A DNA stretch of 64,000 bases from Fimbriimonadia bacterium (GTDB lineage Bacteria > Armatimonadota > Fimbriimonadia > Fimbriimonadales > JABRVX01). A program made the translations under genes and the position numbers. The notes beneath the pieces are model-generated. The model was not told the origin of the DNA and did not search any database. It saw only the letters and a program-made list of their open reading frames with translations. Where the stretch lies: assembly GCA_041483895.1 (NCBI GenBank), contig JBGPGO010000013.1:32001-96000 (forward strand). The letters are read 5' to 3'. Shown piece by piece: positions 27,435 to 36,896 of this stretch (positions are counted from its first letter, which is position 1; every line of letters starts with the position of its first letter).

Positions 27435-29186
27435 ATGGAGATTTCAAGAACGCGTACAGCATGGGCTATCTCAGCAATTGCCATGAGCTTCGTCGTAATG
27501 TCTTCAGGGGGCTTTGGACAAGACCTCCTTTGGACCGCTCAATTGGGCACGATCTCATTGGCTGGAGAAATCGGTTGCCAATCAGACCACGACGGAAACA
27601 TTTACGTCGCTTGCGCAGCACCTTACTCGCCAGTTCTCACGAAGTATGACAAGAACGGCAATATGGTTTGGCAATACAAAGGGACCGGAGGCGGCATAAA
27701 TCATTCTCGCTTGGCAATCAGCAGCGACGGCAGCATCTTTCTTGTCTCCAATGACAGCGATAATGTCTTAACGTCTCGCTTTGACAGTTCCGGAAATCTG
27801 ATTTGGATGAAGACCTATGATTACGCAGGCTACGACGATTTAGCTGTTGCCGCGCAGACTGATAGCCTCGGCAACGTCTTTGTGGCGGGAGAAGGCTATA
27901 CTTACGGCGGCTATCAATTGGACTCGTTTGTTCTCAAATATGATAAGAACGGCAAGCTCCTATGGTCTCGGGTGCGGGCAGCGCCTCAGAGTGATATAAC
28001 GAGTGCGATCGCAGTCGATGACCAGAATAATCTCATCGTCATTGGATCGGTCGCCAATCCGATAACACCGCATAAGCTCGTACTCATCAAGTACGACCCG
28101 AAAGGAAACGTACTTTGGGAACAGGAATACAGTCCGGAACCAGACTGCTTGAGCGCCGGTTATTGCCTCGCAATCGATCATAAAGGAGGAGTGGTTGTTG
28201 GCGGGACATATCGAAAGCCGGACCTCATCGGAAGTACGGATTACGGGCATCTGTTGATATCGAAGTACGATCTTGCGACCGGAAACCTCGAATGGGTCAA
28301 CACTTCGCTGGCGACTCCCGATGGAGTTGATCTCTGCGTATCGGTAAAATTCGATCCCACAGGCACAATCCATGCCAGTGTTTTTTCTGGTCTTCGCCCT
28401 TATGAAACTCCAAGTTGGGTCACGATCATGCGCCTTGATGAACTTGGAAACGTGCTCAATCAGGTCGCTCAATCAGATTGCGAACGCCCAACGATCGCCG
28501 CCGAAAATGATGGGTCAACGTGCGTCGCTGTACAATCTCGCCGGTACCCATCCGATCTGATCACCTTTAGAGTCTCTCCAATCGGAAATATCGTCTGGAG
28601 CAAAGCGTTTCGTGTTGGGGAAACTTATTCGCAAACACCGGTAAGTACTATCACTGATCCATCAGGTAATTGTTACGCAATATGCGGCAGTTATGACTCG
28701 AATAACTTTTCGGACAAACGAGTTGCGTTGCTTGAGTATTCGAATCGCGAGGCCACCGGTTCTTTACTCGGATCCCTTGTGGCGAACGACCTCGCAGATA
28801 CTACGGGTTTTGAGGCAGTGATTGAATTGCGAGAGCCAGGGAATCTATTACCATTTGCCAAGTATCCAGTTGTTCTTGGATCATCTGGCACTTTCGCGAT
28901 CGATGAGGTTATTCCCGGAACCTATGACGCTTCCGTTAAGCCCTCCCACTGGCTTAGGCAGACGCTTCCCAATATCGATGTTGGACCAAGCGGCGCAAAT
29001 GTCGCTTTCTCGCTGCGAAATGGAGACGCAACCCGAGATAATTTTGCGGACCTAAAGGACATCAGCAGAATCTTTCTCGATTGGGAAACCACGGAGCCGA
29101 TGTCCGATCTGAACAGTGACGGAGTCGTAGATTTGCCTGACCTGAGCATCGCATTCCTGAACTTCGGCCAAAAAGGCGATCAATAG
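27435..29186 (+). CDS. SBBP-repeat beta-propeller with Ig/dockerin-like tail
   Basis: Repeats KYDKNGNMVW/KYDPKGNVLW, DSLGNVFVAG; tail SHWLRQT...NGDATRDNFADLKD...DLNSDGVVDLPDL...NFGQKGDQ. Confidence 0.82.
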   Translation: MEISRTRTAWAISAIAMSFVVMSSGGFGQDLLWTAQLGTISLAGEIGCQSDHDGNIYVACAAPYSPVLTKYDKNGNMVWQYKGTGGGINHSRLAISSDGSIFLVSNDSDNVLTSRFDSSGNLIWMKTYDYAGYDDLAVAAQTDSLGNVFVAGEGYTYGGYQLDSFVLKYDKNGKLLWSRVRAAPQSDITSAIAVDDQNNLIVIGSVANPITPHKLVLIKYDPKGNVLWEQEYSPEPDCLSAGYCLAIDHKGGVVVGGTYRKPDLIGSTDYGHLLISKYDLATGNLEWVNTSLATPDGVDLCVSVKFDPTGTIHASVFSGLRPYETPSWVTIMRLDELGNVLNQVAQSDCERPTIAAENDGSTCVAVQSRRYPSDLITFRVSPIGNIVWSKAFRVGETYSQTPVSTITDPSGNCYAICGSYDSNNFSDKRVALLEYSNREATGSLLGSLVANDLADTTGFEAVIELREPGNLLPFAKYPVVLGSSGTFAIDEVIPGTYDASVKPSHWLRQTLPNIDVGPSGANVAFSLRNGDATRDNFADLKDISRIFLDWETTEPMSDLNSDGVVDLPDLSIAFLNFGQKGDQ

Positions 29187-29257
29187 CGTCACTGGTTGAC
29201 GGTCTCTGGAGGCAGCTAGGTGCTTCAGCAAACTACGGCGAAGGCTGTGGCCGGCGG

Positions 29258-30502
29258 CTATCTTGCCTGCACCACGTAACTCCGGCGGCCGGTGAGGGAG
29301 ATGGATTGGACGCCGAAGAGGAAGTTGTCTTTTGATATCCCTTTCAGCGTGATTTCGTTGGCGGCGCCGGCGTCGCGGGAGAACTGCCACAGCGGGTTGG
29401 TGGTCTCCCGCCAGCGGACGATGTATTTTGTGGCGGGGTCGGCGTGCCAGGTGATGTGTGTGTCGTAGCCCTGCCGTGCATTTATGCGCACGCTGGTCGG
29501 CGGCAGCGGGGCGAGGGCCAATTCGCTGAGGACCGCGAGGTTGAGGCGAGTGACGTTGGAGAGGTAATCGAAATCCATCTTGTCTATCGTATCGCCAAAT
29601 TTGCCGCGCACGTCCTGGTGCTGGGCGTCGAAGTTCTCATACACCTCGCAGAATCGTATGGCCGGATAGCCCGCACTATTAAACGAAGAATGATCCCCGC
29701 CTCGCCCATATCGATCCTTGCGATACACAAGCATCGGTTTGAATTTGAATCCATGATCCCCGGCGACCTCCGCCACAAATCGCGCGAGCTGGCGGCTGGG
29801 ACTCTCCTCCGGATCGGATGCCGCCTCCGGCTTGCCATAGACCGAAACTCCTTCCGAAAAAACGCGCACCCGATCCCCGGCCTTCTGCCCATCCCCGCCG
29901 CGCGAATTGCCAACGATATCGTTGCTCAAAACGGCGATGATCTCCATCCCGTCTTTGCGCGCGGTGTCGGCAAAATATCGGCTGCCGAGTAGGCCCTGTT
30001 CCTCGCCCGTGACGGCCAGGAATTTCACTGTGTGATATGGCTTGAGTTTCGCCATCAGTCGCGCGCATTCCAGCACCAAAGCAATCCCCGACCCATCATC
30101 GTTCGCGCCCGGCTCGTCGCTCGTGGAATCCATGCCGTTGGATGCGCGAGAATCGTAGTGGGCGCAGACAAGGACGACGCTCTTCGTGACGCCCTTCAGC
30201 GTCACCACGATGTTGCTGACCTCTTTCGGTTCCGGAACGCGGGCGCTTTTCGGCAGCATGAATCGCTGCTCCTCGACCTGCAGGCCGGGGATGGTTTCAA
30301 ACTCGCTCTTGATCCATTTCGCCGCCGCACCAACGCCGCGTTTCGGGTCGGCCTGATCGCTCAGCGTATGGCGGGTCCCGAAGGAGACCAGCTTCTCGAC
30401 CGTGGCGCGCAGACGAATTTTGGAGACCTGCCCGAGCATGCTTGGGATCGGATCGTCGGCGCGGGCGCAGGACAGTGCGAATAGGACGATCAGGGCTCTC
30501 AT
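29258..30502 (-). CDS. M28 family metallopeptidase, exported
   Basis: AHYDS, GANDDGSG, GEEQGLLGS, NDIVG, GDHSSF. Confidence 0.92.
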   Translation of the reverse strand: MRALIVLFALSCARADDPIPSMLGQVSKIRLRATVEKLVSFGTRHTLSDQADPKRGVGAAAKWIKSEFETIPGLQVEEQRFMLPKSARVPEPKEVSNIVVTLKGVTKSVVLVCAHYDSRASNGMDSTSDEPGANDDGSGIALVLECARLMAKLKPYHTVKFLAVTGEEQGLLGSRYFADTARKDGMEIIAVLSNDIVGNSRGGDGQKAGDRVRVFSEGVSVYGKPEAASDPEESPSRQLARFVAEVAGDHGFKFKPMLVYRKDRYGRGGDHSSFNSAGYPAIRFCEVYENFDAQHQDVRGKFGDTIDKMDFDYLSNVTRLNLAVLSELALAPLPPTSVRINARQGYDTHITWHADPATKYIVRWRETTNPLWQFSRDAGAANEITLKGISKDNFLFGVQSISLTGRRSYVVQAR

Positions 30503-30585
30503 GCCGTACGGATTCGACCCCCACCGTAACCCTCCCCCTTTTTCCAGGCTTACGCCTTAAAAATGGGTAGGTAATCTCGGAACCA

Positions 30586-30716
30586 AGATGCGACCGGTCT
30601 CCTGACCGAGTCGCAACTCCAGATGCGTCCAGATGCGGCCGGTCTCCTGACCGAGCCGCAAGTCCCGATGAGGCCGGTTAGTCAGATGCGACTCGGTCAG
30701 GAGACCGGTCGCATCT
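30586..30716. repeat. Cluster of three ~30-bp palindromic REP-like units
   Basis: AGATGCGACCGGTCTCCTGACCGAGTCGCA at 30586-30615, variant at 30631-30660, inverted exact copy at 30687-30716. Confidence 0.85.
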
Positions 30717-30744
30717 GAGGGGGGCCTGGAGGGATCGGAACAAT

Positions 30745-30785
30745 GAAAACTCCCCCGTCCAGAGGGCTTGGACGAGGGAGTTTTC
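30745..30785 (-). terminator. Intrinsic terminator of PEP-CTERM gene
   Basis: GAAAACTCCC/GGGAGTTTTC plus CGTCCA/TGGACG stems; the single mismatch is a G-U pair on the minus strand. Confidence 0.7.
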
Positions 30786-30859
30786 TAGTTACCCAGCTTC
30801 AGAAAACTAGGCGCTGCGGTTGTCCGAGCGCAAGCTAAAGCTTGCGGCTACCGGTGTTC

Positions 30860-31522
30860 TTAGCTGCGGCGTCGATTGCGGAAGCCGATGAGCGAGACCA
30901 GACCGGTGGCGATGGCGGCAATGCTGCCCGGCTCTGGGACGGCGCGGGTCAGATTGAACTTGGAAGAAGCGGCGATGGTACCGTCCTCCATGTCCGACCC
31001 CGGCTTGGCATACACATTACCCTCAAGCCAGAAACCCTTGCCGTCGCGAAGGTCATAGACCCTGGCGCCGTTCTTTAGGTTGATTGTAGCGCTGATCTGC
31101 ATCAGCGAGATTTCAATCATGTAGTTGGAAAGGATTGGGTTCATCCAAGCCATAGTGGCCCCGTCGATAACCAACGCCGTCTCGCCGAGATCGTCGCCGT
31201 AGACGCGCTTCAAGCGGTCGCCGACGTCACCAAGAACGGCGTTGCCGTTGTAATCGATCTCATAGAGATCCATCGCGCCAACATCCGGCAAGATCGGCAA
31301 GAAGTTCGCGCCGGGATCCGGTCCGAACAGGTCCGTGGCGGAAACGCCAAGAACGGTATGATTGCCAGTGCTGAAGCTGATGAACGAGCCAGAATCGAGC
31401 TCAATCTGGCCGTTCAGGTTGTAGTTGAGGGTCCAGTCGGAACCTGCATACGTGTTTGCGTTCGCAACGCCGCAGATGGCAGCTGCTGCCGAGACCGCGA
31501 CGATCCAATTCAGTCGGTTCAT
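30860..31522 (-). CDS. PEP-CTERM sorting domain protein
   Basis: Signal peptide; VPEPGSIAAIATGLVSLIGFRNRRRS. Confidence 0.93.
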   Translation of the reverse strand: MNRLNWIVAVSAAAAICGVANANTYAGSDWTLNYNLNGQIELDSGSFISFSTGNHTVLGVSATDLFGPDPGANFLPILPDVGAMDLYEIDYNGNAVLGDVGDRLKRVYGDDLGETALVIDGATMAWMNPILSNYMIEISLMQISATINLKNGARVYDLRDGKGFWLEGNVYAKPGSDMEDGTIAASSKFNLTRAVPEPGSIAAIATGLVSLIGFRNRRRS

Positions 31523-31568
31523 GTGTTTGCACTCCTATACGGCAAAGGCTACGTGTTGTTAGGAATGC

Positions 31569-31584
31569 TGCGATTGGCGTGCCA
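31569..31584 (-). promoter_or_regulatory. Putative sigma54 (-24/-12) promoter
   Basis: TGGCACG-CCAA-TCGCA, one mismatch to TGGCACG-N4-TTGCW, 46 nt upstream of the PEP-CTERM ATG. Confidence 0.65.
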
Positions 31585-31735
31585 AATTGGCATGGTTGCG
31601 GGCCAAACAGGCAATGTGGCGGGGCTTAATCGAAACGGCCCCGCATCGCTGCGAAGCCGTCTCGGGTGTAGGCAGGCACTTTTGGTAGTGTCACAGTTCA
31701 ATACCCATCTGAGCGTGATTCGGTTCCCGGAAAAA

Positions 31736-33145
31736 TCATTTTTTCTGCCGACTCGACGCATTAGCCGGTGTTTCCTTTGGTTCGATTAGGACTATAGACC
31801 TGATTGTGTTGCCGCGGCAGAATGCGGACACCACCGCGAGCCCCTGTTTGACGGCTGTGAAGCCGCCAAATTGGTCCATTCTGCCCGGCCCCGGCGTCGT
31901 CCCCCACAGGATCTGCTCATTCGGCACCGGCTTGCCCGACTTCGGATCGACGAGGGACCAGGCGATCGTATCACCGGTCTTCACTTTGGTCACTTTCGGC
32001 TCCAAGCGCAGATTTTCAAGAACCGGAACTTCGCCGGCGGAAATAACCAGCACGGCATTCGCAACAGGCCGGACCGCGCCGTCGGAGGGATTTGTAACCT
32101 GTATCCCTCTCACAACCATATCGGTCGATCCGCCGCCATCGAGGTTGATCGCGTTGACGGCGCCAAGGTTGATGAGAATGTCCGCCAATTCATCCAGGGT
32201 GACGCCGGAGCTGGATTCGCTCCGACCCTCCACGGCGACCATCAAAAGAGTGCCGTCCGCTGTGTGCCCAATCGCCGATCGCGGATGCTTGACGGTCGAA
32301 AAGTTCGACGGAAATCCCTCCTCTTTGGCGTCGATGAACTTCGCCTTGTTCTTGACCAGCCACGGTCCGCCGCCGATCGCGCTCACAACCTGATCCCACG
32401 ATTGGCTGTCCGTTACACCGATCAGCAGCTTCCAAACCCCGCCGGAAGCGACCTGTTCGATCAGCGGGCCGCCGCGGGAATCTCGGATGAAAAGGACCGC
32501 GCCATCCGCGGGAATCGAGACGGTTGAAACGTCCTTGCGGACCTCCGCCACCATAACGTCCAGCGCCCATCCGAATCGGACTGGCCGATTGAGCCCTCGA
32601 AATATCGCGGCCGTTCCCTTTTTCGAGCAGACGGCCCGGCTTCCGGCATTGGGCAGCCAAAGCACATTCTCGCCCGCGCCGCATTCGCGATTGATGCCTT
32701 GAATCTTCAGCTCCAAATTCGCGGGGCCATAGGCTGAGGCAGAAAAAGTCGGGTTGCCGACCACGTACGATCCATCCGTCTTCCAGCCGAACGCCACGCG
32801 GTTCCGGGCCGGCTCGCTCGCCAACTCCCCATCGATGATGCACATGCCCAGCGGATCGCCGGTCCAAGGGAAAAAATCGCCATTCAAGGCGGCAACAGCG
32901 TTGTAGCGGCTGGCGATCCTATTGACGCTCTCCCGTCCCTTTAGGCCGTCCGGCGCAAGAAGTCCATCGCCGCCAAGCCCCACCTTGATGGAAAAGGCCC
33001 CCATCTTCGGGTTTATCTGCAAAATGTGGATGACCATTGGGGGCTCGGAGCGGGAATCCTGAATATAGGTCATCCCCGGACCGATCTCTTTCTGGACCGT
33101 CCGCGCGGGCATCAGAATGGCGGCAAGCAGCAGTTGTAAGAGCAT
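31736..33145 (-). CDS. Phosphodiester glycosidase (NAGPA-family) exported protein
   Basis: AALNGDFF, GGGPWLV, HPRSAIG, AINLDGGGST, RPVANA. Confidence 0.9.
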   Translation of the reverse strand: MLLQLLLAAILMPARTVQKEIGPGMTYIQDSRSEPPMVIHILQINPKMGAFSIKVGLGGDGLLAPDGLKGRESVNRIASRYNAVAALNGDFFPWTGDPLGMCIIDGELASEPARNRVAFGWKTDGSYVVGNPTFSASAYGPANLELKIQGINRECGAGENVLWLPNAGSRAVCSKKGTAAIFRGLNRPVRFGWALDVMVAEVRKDVSTVSIPADGAVLFIRDSRGGPLIEQVASGGVWKLLIGVTDSQSWDQVVSAIGGGPWLVKNKAKFIDAKEEGFPSNFSTVKHPRSAIGHTADGTLLMVAVEGRSESSSGVTLDELADILINLGAVNAINLDGGGSTDMVVRGIQVTNPSDGAVRPVANAVLVISAGEVPVLENLRLEPKVTKVKTGDTIAWSLVDPKSGKPVPNEQILWGTTPGPGRMDQFGGFTAVKQGLAVVSAFCRGNTIRSIVLIEPKETPANASSRQKK

Positions 33146-33180
33146 ATTGCGAACGACCCCCGGGATTTTGAGCGACCAGA

Positions 33181-34107
33181 CTATATTGTGGCTGATTCGA
33201 GATAGGTAAGCGTACCGTTCTCCGCATCAAGCTCCGCACTGATCCCCAGCGGCAGCGTTAAAGGCGCCGGCACGTGGCCAAACGGGAACTTCATGATCGC
33301 AGGCACGGCGCGATCGCCGAGATGATCTTTAAGGATGGCCTGAGCCGGCTTCGACCCGATGCTAGAATCACCATGCTCGTCCGTTCGTGTCATCTCGCCC
33401 ACGACGAATCCCTCGACCCCCGATAGCAGTCCTGCCTGCTTTAGCTGCTGCAGCATCCCATCCACCCGATGCGGCGGTTCATCCACATCTTCCAACAGTA
33501 GGAGCGTCTCGTCGAAGTCCGGCTCGTATGGCGTGCCTACTGCGGCGGCGAGAAGGCACAGGCACCCGCCGGCCACCCTTCCCCGCGCCGTACCGCCGAC
33601 CAGCGTATCCGCAGTCCCTTCAATGGGAAGCGCCGGCAGAGGTTCCGGAATCTCCATGGCCCGGAACCACAGCTCAGACACCCAGTCCGGTCGAGGCGCC
33701 GACCAGGTGATGAGCATGGGGCCATAAAAGGTAACTAGGTCGGCCTCCATCTCCGCCGCCAAGTGGAGAAAGGTCACGTCGGAGAAACCCATCAGGATCT
33801 TCGGATTATCGGCGATGATGCCCATATCCAGGTGATCCATGGTTCGAGCCATCCCATAGCCACCCCGGGCAAAGATCACCTCTTTGATCGTTGGATCGGC
33901 AAACATCCGCTCGATGTCCGCTGCTCGGTTCTCGTCCGGCCCGGCGAGGAAGCCGTCTCGCTCCCATAAGTGCTCGCCAAGGACGGGAACATAGCCTCGA
34001 GCCTCCAGAAGCAGCAGACCGCCTTCTATCTGCTCCTTATTAACAGGACTGGAGCCGGCAACGATGCCAACCCTATCCCCAGGCTGGATGTGCTTCGGCT
34101 TATTCAT
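33181..34107 (-). CDS. ldcA: LD-carboxypeptidase, peptidase S66
   Basis: RGGYG, GFSDVT (Ser), LEDVDE (Glu), FGH (His). Confidence 0.9.
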   Translation of the reverse strand: MNKPKHIQPGDRVGIVAGSSPVNKEQIEGGLLLLEARGYVPVLGEHLWERDGFLAGPDENRAADIERMFADPTIKEVIFARGGYGMARTMDHLDMGIIADNPKILMGFSDVTFLHLAAEMEADLVTFYGPMLITWSAPRPDWVSELWFRAMEIPEPLPALPIEGTADTLVGGTARGRVAGGCLCLLAAAVGTPYEPDFDETLLLLEDVDEPPHRVDGMLQQLKQAGLLSGVEGFVVGEMTRTDEHGDSSIGSKPAQAILKDHLGDRAVPAIMKFPFGHVPAPLTLPLGISAELDAENGTLTYLESATI

Positions 34108-34990
34108 ACGCGGCGGTCACCTCCGGGTTTTTGGCGATCAGCGCAATCACATCGGCGAGCGAAGGGATTCCCGATGTGGCGCCAAGCGATCCGACCTTGA
34201 GGGCTGCCGCCGCGGCGCCGTATCGCGCCGCTTGCCGGACACCGAGTCCCTCCTGCAGGCCGTAAAGCAGCCCCGCGCGGAAGCAGTCGCCGGCGCCCGT
34301 CGTGTCCACAACCTCTCCCGCGGGATACGGCGGAAGGCGGACAGGGGCGCTGCCCGGTTGACAGAGCGTCGCACCGGTAGCCCCACTCGTCAAGAGCAGC
34401 GATTGGCCGGTTTTCGCCGTCCAATCATTGGGAGGCTCCTTCAGCCAATCCGTGGACGTGAGGTGGAGGTCTGCATGCGGAATCGGATCGGGCCGATGAG
34501 CAAAATCCATGGCGACCGTGAATAGGCCGCCTGCATGGGCGAACTCAAGACCGGCAATCGCCGCCCGGCCCAGATTGGAATCCGTCGTGAACCAGCCCGT
34601 GTCCGCGCAATCAAACGGCTGGAACGGATGCTGTTCCAGGTCGGAAAACCCTAGGCCGTACATCGTTCGTTCCCCATCAGGGGTAACGTAGATCTCGCAG
34701 ATTGGGGTGCGGGCGCCCTCGACCTGGGGCACATCGAATTCCGCCTCTTTGATGAGGGATATCAATCGCTTTCCATCCGCATCCATCCCGACCGGGTTTG
34801 CAAGGAGCCGAAAGGGCGCATTCCAACGCTTGAGGCTCATCGCGGTGTTGGCCGCCTCCCCTCCCAAAACCCAGATTTCTCGAAGCACTTCGACGTACCC
34901 GCCCGGCAAAGGGAGGCGTGGGACCTGGAGGACACGGTCCAAGCAGACGGTGCCGTGGACTATGATCACTCTTCGGTCGGGGTGTGCCAC
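34100..34990 (-). CDS. PfkB-family carbohydrate kinase
   Basis: GGEAANTA, VDTTGAGDCF. Confidence 0.9.
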   Translation of the reverse strand: MAHPDRRVIIVHGTVCLDRVLQVPRLPLPGGYVEVLREIWVLGGEAANTAMSLKRWNAPFRLLANPVGMDADGKRLISLIKEAEFDVPQVEGARTPICEIYVTPDGERTMYGLGFSDLEQHPFQPFDCADTGWFTTDSNLGRAAIAGLEFAHAGGLFTVAMDFAHRPDPIPHADLHLTSTDWLKEPPNDWTAKTGQSLLLTSGATGATLCQPGSAPVRLPPYPAGEVVDTTGAGDCFRAGLLYGLQEGLGVRQAARYGAAAAALKVGSLGATSGIPSLADVIALIAKNPEVTAAYE

Positions 34991-35080
34991 GCCGTTGCTG
35001 TTCGCCGTTTCGCGGTATTATTCCTGTTGGCAGCCGAACTTATGAACCCAACCAGCGCCTCAATCCGTCTCCACAAGAGT

Positions 35081-35770
35081 ATGAACTTGCTTCGTCTGTT
35101 TCTTTTCGCCCCGCTGCTGATCGGTACGGCCGAAGGCCAAATACCCGACGACTACAAGCCGAACTGCTACATCACGATTGTGGCGCAACCGTACGGCCAA
35201 AGCGTGGATGTGGCGTTTTTACCGGAGGACTATTCACGGGAGAAAATCCAGCGGCACCTCACCGCGCTGCAGCGAGAAACCGGCATCGCGCCGCGAACGC
35301 CAAACGTCCATATCAACGAAATCTCGCTCGGGGACAAGTCGAAATCGAGAATCGTTCATTTGACCTTTTTCGATACGAAGCTAGTGGACGCAAAGCAAGG
35401 GACGATCGATACCCAATCGCTGGCCAGGGCCTTCGCGCCACTTGGGGACATCGACATCTGGCTGCGGATGAACGACTTCACGTATCGGGGCTTCGGCACC
35501 TACTCCTATCCTGCCAAGAACCCGACCGTGGTCATGAATGCGAAAGTCGAGGTTGACGGGGTCTATCTGCAGGTGCATTTGAACACAACGGATCCAGCGC
35601 GGATCGTGATCCCGGCGGTTTATGCCGAGCCGCCAAAGCCGCAGCCGCCGCCCGCGCCGAAGGGACCTTCTCTCGGCCTGATGGTCGGCGTCGCCTTGAT
35701 TCTCTCCGGTGTTGCGGGAACCTTGGTATACTATCTGCTGCGGCTCAGCGTGGCACGCGAAGCTCGCTAG
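35081..35770 (+). CDS. Hypothetical protein with signal peptide, Pro-rich linker and C-terminal TM anchor
   Basis: Hydrophobic N-terminus; PPKPQPPPAP then TM and basic tail. Confidence 0.7.
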   Translation: MNLLRLFLFAPLLIGTAEGQIPDDYKPNCYITIVAQPYGQSVDVAFLPEDYSREKIQRHLTALQRETGIAPRTPNVHINEISLGDKSKSRIVHLTFFDTKLVDAKQGTIDTQSLARAFAPLGDIDIWLRMNDFTYRGFGTYSYPAKNPTVVMNAKVEVDGVYLQVHLNTTDPARIVIPAVYAEPPKPQPPPAPKGPSLGLMVGVALILSGVAGTLVYYLLRLSVAREAR

Positions 35771-35799
35771 AGAATTCCCCCGGAGGTTGAGTAGACGGT

Positions 35800-36882
35800 A
35801 TGCCAGCAGATATCAATTCGATGGAGATTTCCGACTTTATCCGGCTCGGATTCGATCAGCGCGCTTCCGACATTTTCATCAAGCCAGGATCGCCGCCCTC
35901 TATGCGCGTCGCGGGCCGAATTCGCAAGATGGACGAGTATCCTTCCTTGACAGAAGCGGATTCTCGCCGGCTTTGCTACAACATCCTCAGCCACGAACAG
36001 ATCAGCCGATTTGAACACCACCCTGAGCTCGATGTCGCGTTCACAGTGGAGCCGATTGCCCGCGTGCGATCCAACATCTATTTGGAGCGGCAGCAGGTTG
36101 CCGGCGTATTCCGAATTATCCCCATTGAAAAGCTCAGTCTCGAGGAATTGGGCATGCCTCCGGTATTGGCAGAGTTGTGCAAGACGAGGCAGGGCATGAT
36201 CCTGGTCACGGGTCCAACCGGCTGTGGCAAATCCACCACGCTGGCCGCCATGGTTGACGTGATCAACAAGAGTCGCCAGTGTCACATCGTCACGATCGAG
36301 GACCCGATAGAGTTTGTCCACCAAGACTATGATTCGATCGTCAGCCAACGAGAGGTCGGGATCGATACCGAGTCGTTCCAGGTTGCCTTGCGGGCCGTGG
36401 TTCGCGAAAGCCCGGACGTGATCCTGATCGGTGAAATGCGCGACCCGGAAACCATGGTTGTCGCTTTGCAAGCCGGTGAAACGGGCCACCTCGTCTTCTC
36501 GACCGTCCACACTCCAAGCGCCGGCGAGACTCTCGACCGAATTATCAACATGTTCCCGCCGCACGAAAAAGACTTCCTTGCTATGCGGCTTGCTACCTCG
36601 CTTCGAGCAATCATCGCCCAGAAACTGGTTCCGACCGTTGATGGGAATAGCCGGGTCGCCGCGGTCGAAATCATGATTTGTACGCCAACGATATCCAAAT
36701 TGATCGAAGATACGCATTTCGGGGAAATCTATCACGCCATTTCAGAGGGCAACTTCTGGGGAATGCAGACGATGAACCAATGCCTCGTCAAGTATGTTCA
36801 GGAGGGTGTCGTCACCGAAGAGATGGCCCTGAACTACGCCGGCATCCTCACCGAGCTGCGGCAGATGCTCCGCCGGGCGTAG
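35800..36882 (+). CDS. pilT: Type IV pilus retraction ATPase PilT/PilU family
   Basis: GPTGCGKSTT, TIEDPIE, RESPDVILIGEMRD, TGHLVFSTVH, GMQTMNQ. Confidence 0.9.
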   Translation: MPADINSMEISDFIRLGFDQRASDIFIKPGSPPSMRVAGRIRKMDEYPSLTEADSRRLCYNILSHEQISRFEHHPELDVAFTVEPIARVRSNIYLERQQVAGVFRIIPIEKLSLEELGMPPVLAELCKTRQGMILVTGPTGCGKSTTLAAMVDVINKSRQCHIVTIEDPIEFVHQDYDSIVSQREVGIDTESFQVALRAVVRESPDVILIGEMRDPETMVVALQAGETGHLVFSTVHTPSAGETLDRIINMFPPHEKDFLAMRLATSLRAIIAQKLVPTVDGNSRVAAVEIMICTPTISKLIEDTHFGEIYHAISEGNFWGMQTMNQCLVKYVQEGVVTEEMALNYAGILTELRQMLRRA

Positions 36883-36896
36883 AGATCACTGCAGCT

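Noticed and set aside
30586..30716. CRISPR array
   Set aside because: Only three units, one inverted, with irregular short spacers and no cas genes.
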